This document shows positions 1 through 11,750 of a stretch of 64,000 nt of DNA, piece after piece. Position numbers and translations under genes: made by a program. How positions within the stretch are numbered: the first letter of the stretch is position 1; each line of letters starts with the position of its first letter. Below the pieces are notes generated by a model. That model was not told where the DNA came from. It was given only the letters and a program-made list of their open reading frames with translations, and made no database searches. The stretch is from Azolla caroliniana (taxonomy: Eukaryota > Plantae > Polypodiophyta): positions 7,502,001 through 7,566,000 of the forward strand of contig JBHGNT010000003.1 of NCBI GenBank assembly GCA_043228905.1. The letters are read 5' to 3'.

Positions 1-3000
1 CCCCATTTCTAAAATGGTTCCAATGGCAGTACCGGCTGGTGAGGCATTCTTGCTTGTTCCGTTGGTTGTCCCATCCGCTGACATAAATCACATTCTCTAG
101 CATACCGGACGGTGTCTTTTAATGTTGTCGGCCACCATAGGCCACTCTGCCATATTTTCCTTGCCGTAGCATCCCCAAAATAATGTCCTCCTGCACCGCC
201 GCAGTGTGCCTCACGTAGTATTTGGTCTTTTTCGTCACTGTGCACCGCGCGCCGCCATATGCCATCCGCGCCTTTATGGTACAGTGTGTCCTGCAGTAAG
301 CAAAAGTGTCGGCTTTGTACTGCTAATCGTTTTCGCTCGTCTCTGTTCATCTCCTCTGGAGGTAATCCGGTGCTCAGGAATTGATGCATGTTAGTGAGCC
401 ACTTGTCCTCCTCGGCGACCGTACCGTCTATTGTCATTTCTGTTGTGACCCTAAACAAGTCTGCATCTAGAAATTCGTCTGCGACTCCCTCACCGGTTTC
501 ACCGGAGTCTAACCGGCTCAAATAATCTGCAACCTCATGTTGTATGCCTGGCCGGTGAAATATCTCGAACTCAAATTCTTGTAATAATAACGTCCACCAG
601 GCCAGCTTACCCGTGAGTGATGCTTTTGAGACCAAGTAAAGTAGCGCCGAATGGTCTACATGAAAGGAAAATTTCCTCCCCAATAGATAGTGTCAGAACT
701 TGGTGACGATGTAGATCATGCCCAAGGCTTCTCTTTCCGTCGTTGAGTAATTACGTTCCGCCTGGGACAGCTTCCGGCTGGCATAATACACGGGCCGGTA
801 CCACTTCGGTTCAGTAAGATGCATTAATGCGCTCCCAATTGCTATGTCAGACACGTCTACGAATACGTGGAATTCTTTAGACCAATCCGGAGTTTGCACC
901 ACCGGTGCTTGTGATAGTAGTACTTTTAATGCCCGGTAAGCCTTCTCTTCTATGTCCATCCATTGAAATGGTGTCCGGTGCACCGCAACATGCAATGGTG
1001 TGGTTAGGTCTGCCAGATACCAGAGCATCCGGCTATGCCACCGGATTTGTCCTAGGAACCGACTCAATGCTTTCGCAGTGGTGTGTGCCGGTGCCTCCAA
1101 AATTGCTTTGACCTTGTCCGGGTCTACTGCAATACCGTCCTTGCTAACGATGTGGCCTAGTAATGCGCCGCTTGACACACCGAACACGCATTTCACCGGG
1201 TTAAGGCTTAACCGGTAAACCCTACATTTCTCAAGACATAGTCGGAGGTATTGGAGGTGTTCCCCTTCCTGGCTGTACATGGCAAAATCGTCTAAGAACA
1301 CCTGCATGAATGCTGGAATAAATTCTCCGAAAATCTCCATGATTATCCGCTGGAAGGTTGGTGACGCCGTTTTAAGTTCGAACATCATGACTACAGCGAC
1401 AAATACTCCCCATTCGGTAACAAAAGCAGTTTTCTCCCGGTTGTCGGGGTGCATCCGGATATGATTGTAGTCGTTGAACCCGTCCAGGAAACTATAAACT
1501 TCGTGAGCGGCTACTGCATCCAAGACTCCATCCGTAAAAGGGAGTGGGAAGGCGTCGATTACCATTACCGCATTCAACTTCCGGTAGTCGACACATACCC
1601 TGATTTTTCTATTCTTTTTCAGTATAACGACTATTGAACTCAGCCGCCTTCTTGACCGGTCAGATGAACCCTACCCGTAACAATTTGTTGATTTCATCCT
1701 TTACTTTTGTTGCATAGTTAGGGTTCATCCGGTAGCGTCGTTGCACCACCGGCTTGGCATCCTTAGTCAGATGTATCTGGTGTTGATAAAATTGAGGATC
1801 TAGCCCCCGCATGTCCTCGTAAGACCACGCGAACACGTCCCAGAACTCCTTTAATAAGGTGATCATTGTCGTCTTCCTTTCGGGAATCATTTCTTTGGCG
1901 ATGTGAACCAGTAACCCAACCATGGTGCTTGATGTATCTGGTGCTTGATGTGCGCTGTTTTTAGCCATGGGCGACCCAGCAACAATGGGTATGCCCCTTG
2001 TGCATTGAGCTGGAGGACTACTACCGAAATGCGGAATGCGTGACCTCCGATAGTCACTTCCAAATCTCATATCAATCCGGTAGGTCTTACTGAACTTGTG
2101 TCCGCCATCCGGAGCCAAAACGGGCACGGCTCCCAGTCCTGGATTCCCAAGGTATTACAAGTTCAGAGGCTAATCACATTCACATCGGATCCTCCTTCTA
2201 TAATCGTTCCGGGTAGCTCTCGTCCCTTTCAGACAATGGTTGTGATAGCCGGACTACTCGTGTCCACTACCTTCGGTCCTTCCTCCGGATTAGAAAAGAA
2301 TGTCGGAGCCGATGGCGTGTCGACCGCAGTCATTCCCGTCTTCAGTCCTTCCATAAACCGAGGTACAAACTGCAATAGCCAACCTAATGGCAACATGATT
2401 TGGCATTCTTGCAACGCCTGCCATGTTGGGTTTTCCGCCTGGCTATTGCCAGTGGGCTCCTATGGATTCTCCTTTTGTTGTTCCAATTCTGCCACATTCC
2501 GCTCATTTGCCTTCTTTACCCATTCGGTGGCCTGTTTCCGGATGGCTTCTTGGGTTTCCCACTCCGTTGCTTTTCCTTTTGACCTCGTGGTCACTTGTTG
2601 TATGTCTACGACCTCTGCTACCACCGTGTTTACCGCTGGTCGCTTATCGTAGCTTTTCGCCGAACATTGGTTACTATAGTGTCCCTCTTGTCAGCAATAG
2701 TAGCAGTAAGCCTTCCGGGTGTTGTTGGATTCTGCTTTCGCTCCAGCACCCAGTTGAGGTCCTGTTGTAAATGCTTGGCCTTGGTCCGGTTGGGTGCTTG
2801 GTGTACCCTATTCCGGCTCCCGTTGGTGATCCCCTTTTTTATTGAAATGCTGTTTTTCGTTGAAATGCTTTTTGTTCCAGTAATCCTGTCGAGGCCGGTG
2901 GTCATACTTGCCATAGTCCTCCCTTCGTGGGTTGTAACCGGGGGAGTGATCCCGATTGTATCGCTCATTCCGTTCCCCATTATAGTCCTGATATCTATCA

Positions 3001-3495
3001 TATCTATCATATCAGTCGCAGTCATAAGCATCTCTTTGATCACTATACCAGACATCTTGTGTCGGCCAGTAACGCTCCTCTCGCCGCTAGCGCTCTTCTT
3101 TCTCCTCCTGGTTGCTCCGTGGTTCAATTTGCCGGACCGGTGGCGCTTGCCGATTCAACAAGTTATACTCGCACCGATCCATTGTGTGGTTTCTAGAATG
3201 GCAAAGCAGGCATTGAGAACGCATGGTGCACTCTAGCGCCAAGTGTCCGGCATTCAGGCAAGTCGTACATTGAATTGCTTGTCGAAATCGGAGGTCTTCA
3301 TCGGTTGGTAACGTTCGTTGGAGTGCCCCCATCATCAGCCACGAGCTAGAGTTTTCCATTTCCCTGACTCGGTCTATGACCTGGTCGACGGAGCTTGTGC
3401 GGAAATCAATGATTGTGCACACCGTTCGTAGGGGTTCCCGGAGTGCTGCTAGGAATATCGCCTTAGTCTCTTCCTCCAGTTGTACCTGATTGAAT
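1..3495 (-). mobile_element. Decayed Ty3/Gypsy (non-chromovirus, Tat/Athila-like) retrotransposon internal region: gag-PR-RT-RNaseH-INT, running off the left edge of the window
   Basis: Minus-strand motifs in Gypsy order: two CX2CX4HX4C knuckles (CTTCLNAGHLALEC, CLLCHSRNHTMDRC, about 3180-3270); degenerate protease IIEGGSDVNVI (about 2180-2210); DVFAWSYEDMRGLDP; RT FLDD; RNase H DVSDIAIGSAL...YYASRKL...NYSTTERE; integrase HHCC (HCGGAGGH...CDLC). Many stops and frameshifts; no LTR in the window. Confidence 0.92.
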
Positions 3496-3840
3496 TGAGG
3501 TTGGCAAAGAAATGCTTTGGATGAAAAGGTTTCTTTTAGAATTGGGTTTGAGCCAATTAACTTATGTGGTTTTTTGTGACAGTCAAAGTGCAATGGACCT
3601 AAGCAAGAACTCAATGTATCACTCACGGACAAAACACATCGATGTAAGGTATCATTGGTTACGATTGGCGATCGAGGAGCAAATGTTGCAACTAGATAAA
3701 GTTCATACTGATGACAACGTTGCTGACATGCTAACAAAGGTGGTTCGAAGGGAGAAGGTTGAGCTATGTGCCAAGCTTGCCAGAATGGAGATAAATTGAT
3801 ACACAAGCAATTCTCTCCTTGTGTGACCAAAGGGGGAGAT
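3496..3840 (+). mobile_element. Ty1/Copia element A: C-terminal RNase H fragment plus polypurine tract
   Basis: ORF 3512-3799 reads CDSQSAMDLSKNSMYHSRTKHIDVRYHW...ADMLTK (Copia RNase H). PPT aagggggagat lies directly before TG at 3841. Confidence 0.88.
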
Positions 3841-4846
3841 TGTTAATGTATCCGGTCACTATTTTGTCTTTTTTTTTTAATAATATTTATTATTATTATT
3901 ATTAGATAGTAATATAAAACAAAACGAAAGTTTTGTTTCTTTAGTAATTATTACCCTTACTTTATTTCTTTAAAAGGGTAAATGTAAGTTACGTTTTTTT
4001 GTGAGTAAAGAAAGAAAAATAATAATAATATTAAAGAGGAAAACAAAACAAAACGACCATTTTTGTTTTGAGAGAGACAAAGAGAAGAGAGGGTGGAAAG
4101 GAGATATATATATATATGGGAAGAGGTGAGAACATGTTGAGAGACAGGTCCCTCCGGATGGGAAGGGAGAAGAACAGTGCCGATGAACAAACTCCGCCGA
4201 GGCCGAAACCGTATGAGGTGTACCCGGCTGCGGAGAGCCGGATGGTGCAGACCCGGTATGAACCGGATGAGGAGTACCCGGCTACGGAGAGCCGGATGAT
4301 GCAGACCTGGTGAAGACCGGATGAGGAGTACCCGGCTACGGAGAGCCGGATGGCGCAGACCCGGTGAGGAATGCTCTCCGGATGAAGAGACATATTCGTA
4401 AATATGTTTCTGAAGAGCCCACCGTGGCTATATTTGTAAATAGCCGAAAATTCATATTAGTATAAATATGACTTAGGGCAAACTTTTAGTTGTTGTTGTC
4501 AATTTTGTTTGTGCAAGAAGTAGAGTGAGCACGTAACAGTGTACAGAGAGTGAGAGAGAGAAAGACAGAGGTCGTTGCCTCAGTTGTAACCGCCACCTGT
4601 GGCGAAGATCTGTGAGCACGAGGTCGTTGCCTCAGTGAACTCACTTTTGTATATTCTTACATAGTGACAGTTTGCAGCCTGTGGGCTGCCGTGGTTTTTT
4701 CCCCTAGTTTGGGGTTTTCCACATAAACCTCCTGTGTATCTTCCTCTTCTTTGTGTCGTGTTTTATTTCCCGGTTTTTTCTGTGTATCATTCTAAGCTCG
4801 GTTGTGGCCGAGCGTTGTGCATAAGGAGCGTTGAGTTCCCTACAAG

Positions 4847-4858
4847 TGGTATCAGAGC
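4847..4858 (+). other. Primer-binding site complementary to initiator tRNA-Met (Copia B)
   Basis: TGGTATCAGAGC, 2 nt after the LTR-terminal CA; this is the canonical plant Copia PBS. Confidence 0.92.
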
Positions 4859-5342
4859 GTCTTGCCTATCATGAAGATGCTTATGATCCTCCTTTTTATG
4901 AATACCAAGGGAATTCCATCTGACTTGAGCTTTTACTTCTACTTATCATCAATCTTAAAGGCTATGATTTTTACCTTGGTAAGTTGGTAGGCAATTAGTC
5001 TGTTGTTGGTTATGAAATCAATACTGCTGTTTTTGGCTGCATTGATGAGGTACGGATCGACTCTACGATGAGCAGACCCAACTGGCAAGAGACCGGTTAG
5101 CACTCGAGGAACCAGCCGGTTACGGTGAGGATACCGAACCAGTAGAAGAAGAAGTAGAGGAAGCTGAAACCGGAACCGGCCAAGACCCCGAATCGGATTC
5201 GGATGAAGAGCAGATGGATGAGCCAGTCACCGAAGCCTAGAGACGGAGATATCCTCTCAGAGAGAGAAGGGCCCCCCGGAGATTTCCGGATGCAGAGCAT
5301 GTTCTGCCGACCGATGAGGGGGAGCCGTAAAGCTTCGAAGAA

Positions 5343-6893
5343 GTGAAGGAAGACACCCACAGCCGAAAATGGTTAAGTGCCATGCAGGATGAGATGGATT
5401 CCCTGCATGAGAACCATACGTACGAATTGGTGGAGTTGCCGAAAGGAAAGCGGGCACTCCGAAACAAGTGGGTGTACAAGTTGAAACCGGGAGATGCCGG
5501 CAACCCCCCGAGATACAAAGCTAGGATCGTGGTGAAGGGGTTCCAGCAGAAAAAGGGCGTGGACTTCGACGAGATATTTGCCCCTGTTGTAAAGATGACC
5601 TCCATCCGGACGGTGCTGAGTATAGCGGCAAGCATGGACCTTGAGGTAGAGCAGCTGGACGTGAAGACGGCATTCCTTCATGGCGACCTCGAAGAGGAGA
5701 TCTACATGCAGCAACCGGATGGATTCGTGGAGAAAGGGAAGGAGCACCTGGTATGCCAGTTGAAGAAGAGCTTGTACGGACTGAAGCAGGCTCCCCGACA
5801 ATGGTACCGGAAGTTCGACTCCTTCATGACCGATCAAGGGTACCACAAGACGCAGGCCAATCATTGCGTGTTTGTGAAGAAGTTCGAAGGAGGCGACTTC
5901 CTGATACTCCTTCTGTACGTGGATGACATGTTGATCGTCGGACGTGACCAAGTCAAAATACGGATGCTGAAGAAGGCTCTCAACCGGACCTTTTCAATGA
6001 AAGACTTGGGTCCGGCAAGGCAAATGTTGGGGATGCACATCATCCGGAACCGGTCAGCGAAGCAATTATGGCTGTCACAGGAGAAGTACGTGACAAAGGT
6101 GCTTCACCGGTTCAACATGTCAGATGCGAAACCGGTCGGATCGACACTTCCGGCAAACTGCAAGCTATCCAGTAAGCAAAGCCCAAAGACGAAAGCAGAG
6201 AAGGCGGATATGATGAAGATTCCATATGCCTCTGCCATCGGGAGCTTGATGTACGCAATGGTGTGTACCTAACCGAATATAGGATATGCAGTCGGAGTGG
6301 TGAGCCAGTTCATGAGTAATTCCGGCAAGGAGCACTGGAACGCGGTCAAATGGATACTCCGGTATTTGAAGGGCACTTCAAATATGTGTCTCCGATTCGG
6401 CTCAGGAAAACCTCAATTGGACGGTTTCACCGATTCGGACATGTCGGCTGATGTGGATACCAGCCGGTCTACATCCGGGTATGTAATGACATATGCAGGG
6501 GGAGCTGTTTCGTGGCAGTCGAGGCTGCAGAAGACGGTTGCATTGTCAACCACAAAGGCGGAGTACATGGCGGCTGTGGAAGCCGGCAAGGAAATATTAT
6601 GGATGAAGGACTTCATCGGAGAGCTCGGTATCCGGCAAGAGGAATACCGACTCTATTGCGACAGTCAAAGTGCCATCCACCTTGCTAAGAATGCGGCCTA
6701 CCATTCCCGGACGAAGCATATCCAGCGGAGGTATCACTGGATCCGGGAAAGAGTAGACGACCAGGAGTTCGCACTGACGAAGATCCACACGGCCGAGAAC
6801 GGGTCAGATATGCTGACCAAAGTGTTGACACCCGACAAGCTGGACGCATGCCGGAAACGGATCGGACTGGTAAGACACCCCATGCCGGAGTGA
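5343..6893 (+). pseudogene. Copia reverse transcriptase-RNase H, interrupted by a premature TAA at 6270-6272
   Basis: Motifs RYKARIVVKGF, QLDVKTAFLHG, KSLYGLKQAPRQW, LYVDDML, then DSDM...RSTSG...CDSQSA...TKHI. The TAA replaces the Arg of the conserved CTRPDI. Confidence 0.93.
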
Positions 6894-6984
6894 AGGGGGA
6901 GTTTGTTGGGAGACAGGTCCCTCCGGATGGGAAGGGAGAAGAACAGTGCCAATGAACAAACTCCGCCGGGGCCGAAACCGTATG

Positions 6985-7200
6985 AGGTGTACCCGGCTGC
7001 GGAGAGCCGGATGGTGCAGACTCGGTATGAACCGGATGAGGAGTACCCGGCTACGGAGAGCCGGATGGTGCAGACCCGGTATGAACCGGATGAGGAGTAC
7101 CCGGCTACGGAGAGCCGGATGATGCAGACTCGGTGAAGACCGGATGAGGAGTACCCGGCTACAGAGAACCGGATGGCACAGACCCGATGAGGAATGCTCT
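6985..7200 (+). repeat. 54-bp CCGG-rich tandem repeat in Copia B U3 (about 4 units in the 3' LTR, about 3 in the 5' LTR at 4215-4380)
   Basis: Unit ccggatgaggagtacccggctacggagagccggatggtgcagacccggtatgaa; one extra unit explains the 710 vs 764 bp LTR lengths. Confidence 0.9.
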
Positions 7201-8249
7201 CCAGATGAAGAGACATATTCGTAAATATGTTTCTGAAGAGCCCACCGTGGCTATATTTGTAAATAGCCGAAAAGTCATATTAGTATAAATATGACTTAGG
7301 GCAAACTTTTAGTTGTTGTTGTCAATTTTGTTTGTGCAAGAAGTAGAGTGAGCACGTAACAGTGTACAGAGAGTGAGAGAGAGAAAGACAGAGGTCGTTG
7401 CCTCAGTTGTAACCGCCACCTGTGGCGAAGATCTGTGAGCACGAGGTCGTTGCCTCAGTGAACTCACTTTTGTATATTCTTACATAGTGACAGTTTGCAG
7501 CCTGTGGGCTGCCGTGGTTTTTTCCCCTAGTTTGGGGTTTTCCACGTAAACCTCCTGTGTATCTTCCTCTTCTTTGTGTCGTGTTTTATTTCCCGGTTTT
7601 TTCTGTGTATCATTCTAAGCTCGGTTGTGGCCGAGCGTTGTGCATAAGGAGCGTTGAGTTCCCTACAAAGAGAAGAGAGGGTGGAAAGGAGATATATATA
7701 TATATATATGGGAAGAGGTGAGAACAAAGGAGCTGTGTGAAGCATTGTGAAGCATAATGAAGCATAGAGAAGCATAGTGAAGCTTGGTGAAGCTTGGAGA
7801 GGCTTGGTGAAGCTTGGTGAAGCTTGGTGCTCAACTCATCTACTTCCAATCTCCTTTCCATCTCCGCTACTCAACGTGAGATCTACACGGCTACTACTTC
7901 GACTTGTGGACGTTCTTATCCAGGTTTTCTTCTCTCTTCTTTTCTTTTATATGCTTGAGAGATAATCTTATCCCTTTGGATTATTGTACCATCTTTGTCG
8001 GTAGTACTATGCTACATATCTCTACTTATTTTTAGTATATCTAGAAGTAGAATTTGTACTTGTGTTGTATCTCTTTGGTGATAGTGGATTGGTTTTGGAC
8101 TTATGTCCCATGGTTGTTTCCCTCATTGAGGGTTTTTCCACGTTAAATCTTGTGTAATATTTGTTGTGTCATTGTGTGTGTTTCTTTTTCATTATAATCA
8201 AGCATAAAACGTGACGCGTGTTACACTCTTACGTGTCTATATCTCATCA

Positions 8250-9200
8250 ATACCGATGTTGATTGGGCCGGTTACAAAATTGACAAACGATCCACATCCG
8301 GATTCGACTTATCACTCGACAACGGAGCCATTTTGTGGTGAAGTAAGAAGTAGTTGACAGTCGTATTGTCGAGCACAGAGGTCAAATACAGGGGTGTAGC
8401 TGTCCCCGCATGCGAAGCCGTTTGGCCCAAAAGAATCCTAAAGGATCTAGGCGTTCCCATCGAGGATCTAATTCTCTTGTATTGCGATAACATGAGCAGT
8501 ATCCACCTGGCCCGCAACCTAGTCTTCTTCCACACTCAGACCAAGCACATCGAGGCGCATTACTATTTCATCCTAGAACGTGTCTTGGCTGGAGATATCG
8601 ATCTGCGGTACATTAGTATGAATCTATAGATGGCCGACATATTCACGAAAGCCCTAGGAATTGACAAGTTGTGGCAGTTCACAAGGAACCTTAGTCTCTC
8701 GATTAGGTCCAACTAGCCATGCTTGAGGGGGAGTACGACAGAGTAGAATGATCAACCAGCCAGTCAAAGCCGATTCAGCATAATCGAAGTCTGTCGAAGA
8801 CCGAACCAACTTTTCGGCGTCGAGAAGTTGCATTTGAAGGGGCGTGTTGAGAATCAAACTCAACTTCCCTAGTGTGTGAACATCCCACCACCTACTATAG
8901 TAACTAGTGTGTCATAGAATCTTATAGCTCTATGACACATATTCAATGTAGTTAAGATTCCATCTCTCTTTAGTTAAGTTGTGGTTGTATAAAGAGAATA
9001 GTGGGAAGGTGACTATATAAGTGCTCTCTCACCTCCCTTGTAACAGTTGTTGGTTATTCTTGTATTCTGCTCCTTGTTAATACAGTTTTACTTGCATTTT
9101 CTATGTACACCGAGCTCTCTCTATTTCTCTCCTTCTCACACACACACACATATCACTTCCGTTGCACATAATCACGGTCTCTCCTTTATTCACAGAAACA
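8250..9200 (+). mobile_element. Older Copia element C: degenerate RNase H, PPT and 3' LTR (about 8845-9200)
   Basis: TDVDWAG..DKRSTSG...W*SKK*..V.LSSTE..Y, CDNMSSIHLARN...TKHIE. PPT gaaggggcg is followed by TGTTGA at 8845; TATA-like ctatataag; probable end AACA at 9200 (uncertain). Confidence 0.78.
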
Positions 9201-11373
9201 TTTGTTTAAGAATGAACAACTCTTGAATCATATAAAAGAGAAGAGTTGACTTATTTCTAGGTGTTTTTTTGCTAAGCCTAGATTGGGAGAAACCAAAAGA
9301 GGATTAAGGGAGTAGAAGAGAGAGACCTCACTAATTGTGCTTACTTCTTGATTAACAATAAAAAAAGTTACTTTCATTCATTCATGTGTATGTGTGTTTG
9401 AATCTCGACAAACATCTTTTTTATCTTCTCTTTTCTCTCTTTGAAGTCCTTGTTATCGGTATCTATGAACAAAGGCTCGATGCTTGTCCAAAGATAAAAG
9501 CTTTCTTCTACACAAATCCAAAGAGTAAAGGTCACAAAATAGGACAACCAAGGAACCCTATTAGAGACATCAACCCATGCGGAAGAAGGATATTTGACAA
9601 AAGTACAAGAAATCAAATCCTACTAAAGATGAAAATGTCATTGAGATTGATGAAGGTGATGGTGATAACACAGAAGATGATGTAGAGCCCAATGAAGGTC
9701 AAGAAGATTTGGATTTTAAGGAGTGCAAAGACAACGTTTTAAGTTTTCTCTATTGAAATAACCAAGGAGCGACAAATTTCAAGAAAAGATAACAAAATAT
9801 TGAAATGTTTCTGGATATATTCACAAGATGTACACCATAGATGAACAAGGATTATTGAGAATGCTTAAATTCAAGTTGAGTAAGGTAATACTCATCCAAT
9901 TTTAGTTAAACAAGATTATGCTATTATTATTTTCATTTTTGATATACTAATATTCAAAGGGAGGAGAGGTAGTATTTCATGGTGAAAGAAATATAATTAC
10001 GCATTTTAGGATTTGATTCTTCTAAGTACTATTTTTAGATTAATTATTGAATACCAATTTAAACCAACTAGTTCCCATGGAAACATTACCTTCATTTACA
10101 AGCGTGATGGATGTTATGGAAGAAAATACCTAGGTGAAAGACTATGTATTTTAACTTTGGACTAGAAATGAGAACATCTTTTCCAAAAGTAACCATGAGG
10201 TTTAAGTGAGACAACCAATGTTCCATGACCTCCATCTTTCTTTCAAAATAAATTACTTTTGTCAATGTTTGGTATAGTTGTAAAGCCGACAATGATTAAT
10301 ATCTTTTGTGTCTACATTAAAGTTGAAAGATATGTCAAAGGTAACATAGAATTAGGTACAATGTCATTGCGTAGTATTATTAATCGTTTGATGGGCAATA
10401 CAACACTATTCACATTTTAGCATTTAAAAAATTTACGACGTCATTTTAGAACATGAAACATATTCTTGATTCGTCAAATGACCCAAACATTAAATTTAAC
10501 AATGCAAGGACTAAATACATGTCGAGACTGTCTAAGGTGTTTCATAATTTTACTAATATGCAATTAGTTCAAATAGATTGTCTTCTATGTTTGTCCTCAT
10601 TAATTGGTTACGACTTAGTTAAGGTTTAGAATAACACTATTTGAAAGTGTCAAATTAGAACACGTTCTGATTGTTTGCATTTGGAGGAGGTTTAAATTTA
10701 AAAATCTTGATGAACTCTGAAGGTTGGCCTAGTGTTGACCATGCATGCTAGCCAAGAGGATGTGACATGCATGTGGGCCAAATGGAGCTCTGATATGGAG
10801 AAGATCCTACATTGACTTACAAATTATAATAGGAACAAGGAAGATTTGTAATATATCCAAGCTAGTTATAAGATCACCCCCTCATAAAAACATTATCTTT
10901 AAAAACAAATAAGGTGATTCCCACTCCTCAAAGTTAGTTAAATAATATGGTTGGTAATGAAATAATGAATCATTCGCATTCATACCATGGATATATGTTT
11001 TTAGCAGGATATGGAGTTGGATATATGGATGGAATATAATCCACCTAATTCTAGAACTATCATACGAGCAATGTTTTAGGACCACTAAAAAACTTGCCAA
11101 TGTCGATTTCATGAAGCCAAATTTATAAGAACATACTCCTAGTAGGTTGTCATTTTGAAATTCTTTTGTGTGATTAGAGCATATGTCACACTATCAATTT
11201 TGTGAACCCCTCATATATCAGAGGATTTTCAAGACTAACACTATATATAATTGGATGGGACATAAACCTAACACATTAGCAATTGGTATGAAAACACACA
11301 CTTCCAATCAATGCAATAATGATCCTTACTACAAACACTAGATTGGTTGTTTGTTCCATGGCCCGTAAAAAAC

Positions 11374-11750
11374 AATTACCTGGAATATGATAAATGTAAG
11401 AAACCAAATAGATTAAGCACTACTTGGTAGTCAATTAATAGTAATGTTGTCATTACAAAAACACCATATATATATATCGATAGTTCAAGTGAAATCTGAT
11501 TCACATTTAGTGGCAGATTACATTTCCATTCACTTTTTTGAAGCAAATAGTGTTTGTTACCTGGAATTTGAGAAATGTAAGAAATCAATTACGTTAAGCA
11601 CCTACTTGGTAGGCAATTAATAGTAATGTTGTCATTACAAAAACACCATATATGTAGATCTATCATATCGATAGTTCAAGTGAAAGCTGATTCATATTTT
11701 GTGGCAGATTACATTTCCATTCACTTTTTTGAAGCAAATAGTGTTGCTAC
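11374..11750. repeat. Two diverged tandem copies of a roughly 185-bp unit
   Basis: ttacctggaa...gaagcaaatagtgtt is repeated starting near 11376 and 11557. Confidence 0.8.

Larger units (their letters stand above)
4135..7667 (+). mobile_element. Ty1/Copia element B with both LTRs, internally deleted (no gag/PR/INT)
   Basis: 5' LTR 4135-4844 and 3' LTR 6904-7667 (TG...CA, near-identical). PBS tggtatcagagc at 4847-4858; PPT gaagggggag at 6892-6901; RT-RNaseH at 5343-6893. Confidence 0.95.
3841..8249 (+). mobile_element. 3' LTR of Copia A (3841-4134 plus 7668-8249), interrupted by Copia B
   Basis: Starts TGTTAA right after the PPT and resumes after element B. Contains 10-bp tgaagcttgg repeats (about 7735-7830) and a Copia U5-like ccatggttgtttccc...ttttccacgttaaatc motif. 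Ends at CA 8248-8249, where an older RNase H resumes. Confidence 0.7.

Noticed and set aside
2098-3236. Several 115-213-aa plus-strand ORFs
   Set aside because: They are antisense shadows of the GC-rich Gypsy gag-pol region.
3087-3830. 247-aa ORF as a novel zinc-finger gene
   Set aside because: It is a chimera of antisense Copia RNase H and Gypsy gag knuckles across a rearrangement junction.
6903-7216. Repeat-peptide ORFs (PATESRMVQTRYEPDEEY)n and their antisense, or a CRISPR-like array
   Set aside because: These are translations of the 54-bp LTR tandem repeat; there are no unique spacers and the DNA is eukaryotic.
9370-9720. Acidic ORF remnant, possibly a DNA transposase C-terminus
   Set aside because: Too degenerate; no diagnostic motif could be read.
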